Below, piece by piece: positions 14,282 through 26,031 of a stretch of DNA of 64,000 nucleotides (within the stretch, counting starts at the first letter, position 1; each line of letters starts with the position of its first letter). The notes beneath the pieces are model-generated. The model was given only the letters and a program-made list of their open reading frames with translations, searched no databases and was not told the DNA's origin. The stretch spans positions 361,895 to 425,894 of the forward strand of contig NMRA01000318.1 in NCBI GenBank assembly GCA_002633005.1, read 5' to 3'. The DNA is from Phoronis australis (taxonomy: Eukaryota; Animalia; Phoronida). Both the position numbers and the translations under genes were made by a program.

Positions 14282-15597
14282 GTAGTAAATGTTGGGCCCT
14301 GGGTTTAATCTTAATACTCGAAATTGAACGTGACATTTTCTTTGTACTGTAATACAACTATTGTTGTGTGTTCGAGTATATTGTGGTTTACAGAGAAGAG
14401 TGTTCTGTCCAGGTTCTTTCTTGATAACCCTTCAAGCTTCAAACTCGAGTAAGCCCTTAAAATCTTGAATAAAAGCTCGAAATTTGGAGTACAAATCCAA
14501 AAGTTCAAACTCAGAACTGATAGATTTATGCTGGAATCATTAAGTGCAAACTTGGGTTAGACAATCATCCGCGTAAACTTTACTGTATCCGAGCACAGAA
14601 TAACTCTTATCTTGAAGTTGTGTAAGAGTAGATTGGAAAATGTCATGTGTAATTTTGATTTCGAGAACAAAGATAATACCCAAGTCCCCAGTCTGTACTA
14701 AGATTCGATATTGATATAAATTATGGATATAATTCGATGTCCATGCTACTCTCAGCATTTGATGTCCGTGCTACTCTCAGCAGTCTTGTATTTTAGCAGA
14801 ATGCTGTTATCAGTATTTATTCAAGTCGAGGAATGGAGACTAAAGATTTTTTAGTTGTTGAATCTTATGGTTTCCACTGCATTCATTAGAATTTGGAAGA
14901 TTTTTTAGTAATATCTCAGATGTTTAGCAGTTCTTTCAGGCTAAAATGTTAAGTAGTGAAAATCCAATAAGACGCTAGAGTGCAAAACATGAAATTGGCG
15001 TTTTTATATTAGTCACGTGCAACAGTCGGACGACAATATACCTTAACAGATTGATGGTTTTTGTTTTCTACTTCTTGCTTTTAATTTGGCCAAAAACTAA
15101 TTTAATCTAAAATGTTTTGACTGGAAATAAAGTGAAACAATCTTACGGCAGGTCTAACTTAGAATGGGGATTCTTGTTCACATTAAGGTTATGTGTGGCT
15201 TCGAAACCCTGTAGAATTAGATTTTTTGTTTTATACCAGTTTGCCAGCAGCTGGGTCATGGGAACATTTCTTTTCCTTAAAATTTTCCAAGAAAGAAAAC
15301 GCTTTCGTAGGAAAGTAGCTATCGATTACATGACCAAAATTCATGACATTAATGTTTTGAGTTGAAATCGCAAAAAAAATTGTACACATTTAAATATCTT
15401 TACATGAAAAACGAAGTCCCAACTTTACATAAGCCACTATCCCTAACAGCGTTTTGGAGAGTAATCCATAAAGTACAGTATCTGAAAGTTTTATTTGAAT
15501 CCAAATCAGCCGTCTTTTGAGATGTGATATTCCGAAGTTAGGCAAATTTGGGCATTTTTCTGGTGTCTCCATAACACTTTGTTATCATCGCCTTATG

Positions 15598-15720
15598 CTC
15601 AGTTGAATTTCTAATTGCCCTGGGTACCCATTCAAGGTCTCAGTTGCATTTCTAATTGCTCTGCGTACCCATTCAAGGTCTCAGTTGCATTTCTAATTGC
15701 TCTGCGTACCCATTCAAGGT
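15598..15720 (+). repeat. 3 x 41-bp tandem duplication of a branch point plus 3' splice site
   Basis: CTCAGTTGCATTTCTAATTGCTCTGCGTACCCATTCAAGGT three times. The last AAG is the exon acceptor. Confidence 0.92.
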
Positions 15721-15849
15721 CCATGCACCGTGCTCTGTCTGCTGACATGGATTCATGGAATCCATTTGGTGAAGACAACTTCAGTGCTCTGAATGAAGAC
15801 ACGATATTTGGCAAAGAATTCGACCGTCTTCGCCGCGGCTCAAACAGCA
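15719..15849 (+). CDS. AAK1: AAK1/BMP2K exon
   Basis: ttcaag|G...AGCA|gtgag. WNPFGEDNFSALNEDTIFGKEFDRL matches the AAK1/BMP2K WNPF..DNFSKL motif; phase 2 to 1. Confidence 0.88.
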
Positions 15850-17061
15850 GTGAGTATAGAAACGTATCAAGGTCTTGACCATAGTCTATGTATTAAGATG
15901 TCTATGGTCTCGACATTGTCTGCACTATGCAATTAGTTTCAGCAAAAAGAACGGAATTTATTATCTTTTTGTGTCTTATCGTGGCCAAAACTTTTTAAGT
16001 TATTACAGGTTTACCCATACGCTACTTGCAAGGTCATGGTTGCCATGGCACCAGATAAATTATTCGTTTGATCTTGTTACGGATTGACCAAAACTGATAT
16101 GAGGCATTCCTAAGTGATTTTTGGGATATCCAGACATCCTGCCACCTGGTGACGTCTGGTTTCAGTAGTTGCTTGACATCCTGAAATTTGTTGTGCATAT
16201 AACATTTCCCTGGTCAGAATTTGAAATGAAAATTTTCTGTTAGATATAATCATCATTGTAATTAATAATAGTTGCTAAGTTAAAGTTTTGAAGAATCAAG
16301 ATGTCGTGCCTTTTTGAGTTTCATTAGACGTACTCATGATTTACATGATGTATCCACGTGTGTAATTGAATGTTGTTTTATAATCAGTTATTTTAATATC
16401 GTGTCGTAGACTTGGGCTGAACACTGCTTGCAAAACAAAAATGTTGTCAACAGTTGATATTTGTTAGCTTGGCTACAGTGCGTAAGGCTTGTACCTTGTG
16501 AGTGAGCGGAGATAGGTTTCTGTTAAAGAGACGCCACCTAGTGGTAATTGGTAATTTTTATTCTCGACATTTTCTCTATCCGCCTCTTTTTCGGCTACAC
16601 CACTCATAAGGATCGTCATGAAAGTTGGCATATGTTTCTTCCGGGAAGTGCATGGCTGGCGATGAGTTTCGGTCAGGTTCGACTGCTGTGGCGCCTTCTA
16701 CTGGCAAGAACAGCCACCCGTTGCAAGCGAAGCGTGTGATGTCGCTAGTTTTCGCTCACCTGTACCTTGCTTTACGTGACACGCCGCAGTGTTCATCCCA
16801 TACATGTTGTGTTGTATTTCATTTATGATGCATGGTTCTGTTGTCTGCCTGGTCCACACACACAGTTTACTTTACCTAAACTCTTAGTTTGACATACCTA
16901 ATTTGGCTGTATTCAAAACTGAATGCTTGCATTTGTGTTTATTTTATTTTTGCAAGCCTAGCCGCTGACTCGGTGATAGCGGATACAGCCATAATTTTGC
17001 ATTGTTTTTTGCCCTTCCAGTTCAGGGCAGTCTTCCGCGAATTAGAATGAGGAACTGGAAA

Positions 17062-17206
17062 TTCACTAGGTGGCACTTTCCTGCAGACAAACGTATTGTC
17101 TGGTCTGTTGGACCTTCATCTAGTGCTGGGGAACAGCTGTCTGTTCTTTGCCTATTCAGTTGATAAAAACATACCTATCAGTTCTTCGTTAGTGCCATCT
17201 AGTGAA
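17062..17206. mobile_element. Small MITE-like inverted repeat
   Basis: TTCACTAGGTGGCACT ... AGTGCCATCTAGTGAA terminal inverted repeats. Confidence 0.4.
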
Positions 17207-17608
17207 CTACAAGTCAAAGATTTGAGATTTTCATGTACGACAGTTGGTTCCTAATGATATTGAAGCAATACAGTTGTGTACATTTCAAGGTATATTGAGT
17301 GCTGTTTAGGTGATATAACTATTACCTTGGAACATCTCGTTTCACTCAGTGGCGAGTGTCTGATATTTAATTTTGCAACGATCACAAAAAATCGAGTTGA
17401 GACATGAGGCAAGTCAACACGTTTTGTTTTCTTTAGTTAAACTGTTATCGCAATGAACTGTTTTTGGCTTACAGTCTTTAGAGTTGGCCATTTTGACCCA
17501 CTTATGTAGCGCTCAATATAACTTAAATTGCCTAACATAGATTTGAATCTCAGAAATTTCTGATTGTGTACCATGGCAGACAGGAGAACTTAAGGTTTTT
17601 GTTTGTAG

Positions 17609-17698
17609 GTATATCCAATGTGAAAAGTCGCGAAGATTTAGTTATGTCCAACACTGATTTCACTGACCCCTTCGGTGCTGCCCCCTTTGTTCACCCTT
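17609..17698 (+). CDS. AAK1: AAK1/BMP2K exon (DPF motif)
   Basis: ttgtag|GT...CCTT|gtaag. Encodes ISNVKSREDLVMSNTDFTDPFGAAPFVHP; phase 1 to 1. Confidence 0.85.
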
Positions 17699-18526
17699 GT
17701 AAGTAGAGGGTTTTCATTTGCTTGGTCTGCACCACTTGAGGGCACTGCTTTGGGGGCACTCAGGTGGTGCAGGATATTTTTTATATTTTATGCTTCCATT
17801 TTTAAAATTAGCTAGTGTGTTGTTGCAAGTGATTTTAACTCGGGGGGGAAAGTCTGTGTTTGCACCAGTTGAATGTTCTATCAATGTTGCCCTTCTTAAT
17901 GTTGTCATTGCATCAGCACATGTTCGTTGTCCACTCACTATTTGCTTCAGTCTTTGTTGTGTGGCCATGCTGCCATCTGTTGTCAATCTTGGCTTTTACA
18001 GCCGTTGTCGTTCATTGAAAAAGTATTGCTTGCTACAATTCACATGTCTTGCCTATCTGGCATACCCTTCTTTGTGCTTGATTTTTAGTCCTGAATTCTT
18101 TGGGATAATTTGGTTGTCTCATTATTCAAGAAGTTTGTGCAGTGTATTTTTTCGTAAAGCTATGTGATGGAAAGTTATATTTTTTCTTGGAAGTAGAATG
18201 GTGACAACTGTGCTTGTATGCAGAAAGCGTTTGAAAATAACACACTAGAATTGAACTGGTCTTTCTGTCTTACCAGTATCATCTCTTCGTTGAGCTTCCA
18301 TTTGTACTTGTTCTGCAGTTTAAGATAGTTATCTTTTAGCTTGACAAAGTGATTGGTTTCCTTTATCGAGAGATACTACTATCAAAAATTTTCAACCAGT
18401 TGTACTTGAAAAAGTAATTTTGAATGTTGAGTTCACAAGTCTGTTCCCCGCTGTTCCATATTCGTGCATGTTGTCTGCTGCCCTTTGGTCGTCTGCTCTT
18501 CAGTGAATGTTTTCCTGGCTTTACAG

Positions 18527-18666
18527 CTTCCCGCCAAAACGCTGAAGCTGCTGCCTCGGCCAGCCATCAGGATAGTGATTCGGAGAGCTCACATTCCAAC
18601 GATGCAGACTCTGAAGGTAATGATAACACCATGCCCGATCTTCTCATATTCGATGACGACGATTGA
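18527..18666 (+). CDS. AAK1: AAK1/BMP2K composite exon: internal donor after 18616 (long isoform) or read-through to TGA at 18666 (short isoform ending MPDLLIFDDDD)
   Basis: ttacag|CT acceptor in phase 1. The GAAG|gtaatg donor is in phase 1 and compatible with the 26032 exon; the frame also stays open to 18666. Confidence 0.72.
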
Positions 18667-19374
18667 CATCTTGTCCGTCTTAATTGACCTGTAGTCATTT
18701 ATTTATTGGTAGTATTTGCTAATATTTTTGGCGGGTAGCCATTTATTTGTTGATAATATCTGGTAGTATTTTTCATTATTAAATACTTTTTGCTTTGCTT
18801 TGAAAAGCTACACTGAACCAGCTTGTCGAACTCAGCAGGAAGAGAGCTTCTTGGCAAAATAATCAAATTTCTTAGCAGAGCTTAAACACTCTTGTTGCTT
18901 ATCATAAATGTCAGCTTTGTAGAACTGATATGCCGAGTTGTAAGGGATTAAATTTTTAGTTTCAAGTTGTCTGTATTTACTGTGGTTAGTTTGCACCATT
19001 TTTTTTAATTCAGTTTGCGTACTTTGGTTTGGCACGTTAGTATCAAAGATGATGTCTAATGTTATAGAACCTGCTTCTCATATACTGTATACCCAAGAAA
19101 GGGCCTTCATTGACCATTCATTACACAGGGAAATTTCTTAGCGAACAATTGCTAGGAAGAGCAGCAGCAGCAGCAACAGCGAGATTCGCAACATTGCATA
19201 ACTTTCATCTTCTGGTCTTTCCCACTAGACAGAATGGCCACTGAAGCCTTTCTTTTCTCGCACATACGGTGTACGAGAGGTGTGTTCTGTGCGGGTTATG
19301 CTCCAGTGGTTAGAACATGCTTGTCGTAGTGAACGTTGCAAAGTGCAAAGTTGATTTTGATGCAGACTTGGGCA

Positions 19375-19477
19375 ATAGTTTGATGTATTGTGCCCACACT
19401 TTGAGAACCAGTTTGATGCCCATCATTCAGTACAGAAAACTGGTTCTCAAAGTGTGAGCATGTTATATCCAACTATA
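19375..19477. repeat. ~100-bp near-palindromic hairpin (mini-MITE-like)
   Basis: TGCCCACACTTTGAGAACCAGTTT pairs with AAACTGGTTCTCAAAGTGTGAGCA, with further pairing outward. Confidence 0.7.
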
Positions 19478-22400
19478 ATGTAGATTTGCAGGTACTTGCG
19501 TGAAAATCTGGACTTGTGTCGCTTTCCCACCAGCGTGGTAACTCCCCTGGTTTGCAGAGATATTGGCAGTGGGAAAGCATAAGTCCTGACTTTTCAACTC
19601 CTCCTGCAATGGAAAAGGTTAACTCCGTTGCGAAGGGAGTAATCGCTAGAGGTCGCTATGGCAACACTCATACAGCAAATCTACCATGTCGTCTGGTGTT
19701 TAATTCCTATTACTAGCAGTAACTCCATATCGCTCCCGCGGAGAGGAGTTAGTGGTGAAAGGAGTGAGACTGGGGTTGTAGTTGCAGTAGACTGGAGTTT
19801 TACTAGTGGGAGAGTGACGTTTGGGTCTTATAAACCTATGAAGAGTTTTATTGCATTTGCCTAGTGTACATGACATGTGCACAGTTCATTCTAGTATTGT
19901 CTGTGTGTCAAAGTAGGCCTGAATATTACTGTTACTGTCACATATAAAAAGAATTGTACAAAAGCTGCAGTTTATGTGCCCACACATATATATGTGGTTG
20001 CGTATTGATGTCATCTCTGTCTGGTCGTCTGGTGTGCTCTGTACAACTCAGTGCTCGGTCATCACAATACTTGGTACATGTGTTGCTTTGGCAGTCAACA
20101 ACTTTGTGCCTTTACTTTCAATTTTAGTTTTTTAACTGAACTATGTCTCTGTATCTTTGGTGCTCCGCGAGGGGTATTCATGAAATTTGGCAAATAGGTT
20201 TCTGTGTGGAAAGCGACGTTACCTTCCCATTTCCAGATGAATTCAATGTATTTTGCTCCATGGTGATGGGGCTTAAAACGGTCAATTTACAACTTTGACC
20301 AGGTTAGTCTTATAATACATATTACATATACTAATAAACACCTGTAGAAGCATACCCTTTGCAGTGCAGTCGTGTAGGTACAATCAGTGGTTTGTGTTGC
20401 TCTTGTTTGTATAATTAGTCTTCAGGGTGCCATTACAACTGCTTTAAGAATGCATTACTAGCGTGCCGTTCACACTATGAGTTACCTTAGAACAAGTTAT
20501 TCTTTGAATGCTAGATGTGTTCGGTATTTGTGCCAGGGCAACTTAACACGTGTGTGACAAATTACCTCACCTTATCAAATCAAGTTAATGTAGTTTGTTA
20601 TGGGGCTACTTGCCCAAAACACAACTGTAGTCGCCAACCTGCTGTCGAAGTAATTACCAGCTGCACGCTTGCACTGCTTCATACATACAGGTGTCTTATC
20701 TCACTTGCGCTATATTTGTCGCGAACCTTGTAGTGCGACCAGAGGCAAGTTGCTCCGGTGCAAATTGTTCTATGGTAACTCGTAGGGTAGACATGTAGTA
20801 GGTGTGTGTATCCTGTCTTTGTATTTGTCTTTATTGTACCTAGTGATGCCTGTTGTCTCCTCTCTAGTGCCGTTTACTGCTTTTAAGATTAGATACGGCT
20901 CAATCTTGGGCCAGGACCAAAACAAACACGAGTATTCTGATTTACATAATGGTCCGTCGTAAAGAAATTAACTGTAGGCTTAGGATGTGTTTGCGGCAAG
21001 TCCTCCGACATCTAGAATAACCATTATCGAGACAAGCAAGCTCGCAAAACAATTTCTGCTTTCAGTGGCTCCTTAATTTCTAGATTTTATTATGTTGCAA
21101 TGCCATTTTAGTTCTTTTCAGGAAGGAAGTGCCTCGTGGCCAATCACAAAGTATTCTAGAAAAAAATCCCATATCTCCTGAAGTAATTTTGACAGGATAC
21201 CAAAAAATTCAACGAAAACACTGGTCCCTCCTTGTGTTAGAATGTTATTGGGTGAATATTTTGTGGAGTGGGTGGGTATCGTCACCAGTCATCTTATTTT
21301 GACAACTAAGCATTCGTCAAGAGCGTCGATGATTACTTCTTTTCGTATACAGTTTAATGAAAGTTTTAAACTGCAGTAAAACTCGCAGGAGTCGGGCACG
21401 CGTAAGTCAGATGTCGTCTTAGCTCGGGCACTTCATATAAATTGGATTTTTATCTTGGATAAAATTTCTTGCTCCGTCCGGATCCAACTTGGGTGAGTTT
21501 TATTGTATGAAAATAGCTCGTATAGTGGGCTAAACAATGGTGACCTCGTTAATTGAGCAATAAGTGAGCTTTTGTTATGATTACACATTCAATCTGAATT
21601 TAGTTTAGCTTGAGCTGGAGAATGTCACGCCAACAGTATGAAACATGAGTTTGAAGCTAATGGAAAATCATCATTGCCAAGGATCAGATTTCTTAAATAA
21701 CTCCTTAAATAATGCTAATAGATGCATATATCTTTGGAATCCATGGTGATCACAGAATCTTATTAATTTATGTGCATGAACGTTACGCCCAGTTGTTTGT
21801 GATCACATGATTACAATTTTTCTTTAAAATCTTTTTCATGGTGGTCTCTGTATTTTCTACAAACATAATTTTTTGTATGAAAATTTTCAAATTTTCCTTC
21901 TTTATTCTATTAGCTAAAAAGTGCTGTCTGGAATTTTCTTGTAAGACCTTAGTTATAGCCCGAGAGTTCAACTTTCTAAAGATTAATAACTCGGAAGGAA
22001 CAATACGAATTTTGATTTCTGTTATTTTGGTTTGCGTTTATGTCAATATAGAATTATTTGAAAACTCAGTAGTCCAGTAAATACTTTCGTGTGAATGCAT
22101 GCAGAAGGTGGCTGCAACATGTAGTATGCAATTGTTTTCCAACTTTTGCTTGCCTACCTCTAAGTTTCTTCAGTTCCAACACATCCTGTTGGTGCAGGTT
22201 GCTGGTTGATAGCTGGTGGTGGTGTTAGGAAATGCCACTAGGTGTTGAATTGTCTGTATAGGTTGAAAAGGTGGTCTGGGAAGTATGAGTATATTTGCTA
22301 TAGCATATCCGTGTTGATGATGCTATCGGCAATGGTGTATATTTATGATGTGCGTAATGTAAATATACATTGTAGATATCGTGATCTGGTGTGAACTAGG

Positions 22401-23138
22401 GATTTCTTGCTGCAGGAACACCTGCGCTCTGTAGATGGCAACTTTGATACAGTGGGAAATGTTCTGGTTTCTATGTCTGCCTGCCAGCTAATGCTTTGGT
22501 CACATATTGGGCGGTGCGCGACCGATCCTGCAAATTGAATTCTGTCTTGCCATCTGGCATGATTGGCCCATTTTTATCAGAGAAGTTGTAAGGATTGACC
22601 AACTGGGGATTTTTGACGCCAAGGATTTGTCGACGGTTGCGATAATCTCCTGCTTGTCACCGTCTGTCGGCTGATATGAACATTTTCTATTAGAAAATTT
22701 ATGAGATTGCCATCAGATGTATATAACGGAGGCTTTATAGATGCAAATGTGTGTCCCGGCAGGAGCGGTCATCTGTGTTGTACTACACATGTGGACATCA
22801 TGTAAAATGCGCAAAGCAATTATATGTGGTCAACATGCAAGGGAGTGTCGAGCCAAAAGCTAACATCGTGAGCTTGTGGTTGTATTGTCGTCAGTTCATC
22901 GTCGACCAATTTCCATAATGATCAAATTTTTTTCTTTGACATGAACAACATGGGACCAAATCCGTTTCCACCTCATCAAAGTTGCCTAAACACTGCTGTA
23001 GAAAGTGTTTTTACCTGTATTATAATGTATTTATATGGAACAATTTTAGCAACTTTTGTCTTGCAAATCATGGACAGGTGCAATCATGTTAACCATCTCA
23101 TTTGTTGGCTCTCAATCGATTTTTTCTGCCACACCTGA

Positions 23139-23237
23139 AGGCTCTTTCACACCAAACTCGGGTTCTTCCTCATACTGCACAGTGCGTTAGTTGGTTCCCA
23201 CTTGTACTGAGAAAAACCTTGGTGTGATAGGGTCTTA
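23139..23237. mobile_element. ~100-bp mini-MITE
   Basis: AGGCTCTTTCACACCAA ... TTGGTGTGATAGGGTCT terminal inverted repeats. Confidence 0.45.
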
Positions 23238-24383
23238 CAGTATTTTCTGTCAGAACTTGTGTTCACAAAGTAGATTAATATCTTCTTGTGCGCTGCTCTC
23301 ATACGCATTATCATCATCTAACCGTGTTTTTGTGGATCTGTGATAGAGCATCTAGTTAAATTGGATTGAAGTAGTAGTCATTCGTTCATTCTAAAATTAT
23401 AGAAAATTATGTTTGCAATTGTTGTTCATTATTTCAGTTCTGTCCTACATAGATTTAGATTGTGATGATGGTCCTTTCCAATGAATGAGTTACCAATAAA
23501 ATATTTCAAACTGCATCATGGTAAAATACTTTTTTGGGGAAATTTTGGTGGTATTTGTTTTCAGGCGGGATTAAAAGTAAAATGTTCAGATCCTGACGTA
23601 TAAGTTCATCGTGATTGATGACAATGTTTAAAACCTGGTATTTCGAAATGGATTTAAATTCCGCACCATGATGATGTCATCCATTTCTGCTGACAAAACA
23701 TGATGACATCATTCAGTACTGTGAAATCCTTGTGGAAGATTGTGTGACACCAAGTTTTAAACTTGTGAAGAAAGATAAAATATGTCAGAAGTTTGAAAGA
23801 TGAATTTTTTGTCAAAGTCTTAAGATATTGATTTCATCTCCATTTTATAAGAAGAATCGTGTGTGAGTTTTAAGACACAAATGACATAATAACATCTGAA
23901 AAAAATGTCAGTTGTTTGATCAGGTGTTCAAAATGAAAAGTTGCGAAATTTGGCTGTAGCAGTAGCCTCAGCATGTGCATTTATTGAAACTTACCGTATT
24001 TCTCTACATCACAAACCGCCAAACTGCACTATTCCCTAATCTCTGGGTTGTGGTACCTCTTTGCCGTCTGGCTGCCAGTTTTACCGTGATTTCTCTTTGA
24101 CCTCATGCAACAACACGTGTGTACCAATCGACTTGAGCAAGTGAGTCTGTGGAACCATTCTGCGTGTTTGTACTTTATTTAGTGCTCTAATATCGTTGCT
24201 TTAGCTGAGTGTAAATGTTGACTGTTTTTCTTTTTTGATTTGCCAACTGTTCGTCGCTGATTATACGTTCATGTGCTTTTCTTTCTCAGTGCATGTGATG
24301 TCTTGGTGTTAATGCTTTATTTATTTGTTGATTATGTTTAGTTCTTGGCCTACCTATTATCAAAAATGTTACAACAAGCGCAA

Positions 24384-24617
24384 CTACTGAAAACTTCACA
24401 TTTCAAAGGCACAATATAGATGCAACGTTTCGCTCTTACATGAGAGTATCATCAGGCAAAAGAACAGAAAAGTCCAAATAACTGACTTTTTTGCTGCCAA
24501 TTCTTCGGCCGTTTATTTTTTCTCTTTCGCCTTTTTTGCTGCCAATTCTTTGGCCGTTTATTATTTTCTCTTTCGCCTTTTGTTCCTGTGTCTTTGAAAC
24601 ATGAAGTTTTCAGTAAC
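24384..24617 (-). mobile_element. Penelope-like terminal repeat relic with a minimal hammerhead motif
   Basis: Minus strand TGC-CTGATGA-TACTCTCATGTAAGAGC-GAAAC-GTT-GCA at 24421-24458. Flanked by the inverted repeat TACTGAAAACTTCACATTTCAAAGGCACA / TGTGTCTTTGAAACATGAAGTTTTCAGTA and an internal ~45-bp tandem duplication. Confidence 0.55.
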
Positions 24618-25097
24618 TAAGCTGGTTGTAAGATTTTTGGTAATTTGTTTGCATATGTTCTAGCTTAGCATCTCTGTATACAGCCAAACTACTGTTCAAT
24701 CTTGTGTTTCGAATATGTCAAGTTTGTGAGCATGACCTTGTGGCCTTCTTGCATCTAGATTGAAAACAGTTTCTGTTTTGTTTCACAATTTCTCTGTAGT
24801 TGCTTAAACGCCTGCTTTGAAGCTGTCATTAACACCAAAACATTGTCATGTGCTTAGTTTGGTGAAACTTCTTTAAGATAGTAATGTAACACAATTTCAA
24901 CAAAACGTCCGTTACGTAGCAATGGGGCTGTATTTCATCTATTTGACACAAGTGATACAGCTGACGACCATAGAATACGCAGGTTTTCGTCCTGGTGTCT
25001 GTGATACTTGTTAACTCATTGGATGTAGTGAATAGATTAAGATGTGAAATTATATGCAAGGTAGTGTCATGCAAAGTTGGTATGGTGCTGCCCGTTT

Positions 25098-25477
25098 TAT
25101 TTCCGCAATTAATTGAATGTATTCAACATGGAATTTGCCATTCCTCTCTCAAGCCTGATGTGGCCACTTACGAATTGTGTATCTTGCGGTTTTGTTTTTT
25201 GATTTGCTGGTTAGTATCTTCTTTCATGTGACATGCACTGCCTTAAATTTTTTTTTTTTTTTTGTTTTGGCTAGATTGAGNACCCGAACGATTACGGTAT
25301 TTCCGCAATTAATTGAATGTATTCAACATGGAATTTGCCATTCCTCTCTCAAGCCTGATGTGGTCACTTACAAATTGTATAGCTTGCGGTTTTGTTTTTT
25401 GATTTGCTGGTTAGTATCTTCTTTCATGTGACATGCACTGCCTTAAATATTTTTTGTTTTGTTTTGGCTAGATTGAG
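25098..25477. other. ~180-bp direct duplication around an N, with a transposon end (probable haplotype/assembly junction)
   Basis: 25098-25280 is repeated at 25298-25477 with a few SNPs, separated by N plus ACCCGAACGATTACGG. Confidence 0.75.
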
Positions 25478-26031
25478 GAAGGGAAGTGTTCTGGGCCCGC
25501 TATTTAATCTTTTTACTCAAAATCAACTCGAAGTTATTTTTTCCATTTTCTTTTCCAGTTCTGTGCGAACTCGGGGTGAGTGTCTATTATTCTATGCTGG
25601 AGTACTTAATGTCTTACTTGAATGACTGTCTAATTCTAGTTTGCACCTGATGACCCCAACCGTAAGGCTAAAAGTTTGATTCTGAGTTCGAAATTTTCGG
25701 TTTGTACTCTCAATCTTAAGTTATAGCTCAAATCTAAGGGTCATCAAATGGGAACTTTGACTAGACTCTCATTTGCATCAACTATAATGTACTCAAGCAC
25801 AGAATAACAGACACTTGTCTTGAGTTCACACAACAGTAGAACAGAAAATCCTTAAAATAATTTTGAGTTTGATTTTAAGTAGAAGTATTAGACCCGGAGC
25901 TCTGATGTAGCTCACTAGGAGTTTAGATACTGAATACTTCTGTACTACAAACCTTGATTCCTGATTCTCCATGTGACTAATCTGGTATTGTCTGCTAAAA
26001 TTAGTCAAGACTTATTGTTGTTATTTTTCAG

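Noticed and set aside
17718-18167. 149-aa hydrophobic ORF
   Set aside because: T-rich intron sequence between two well-supported kinase exons.
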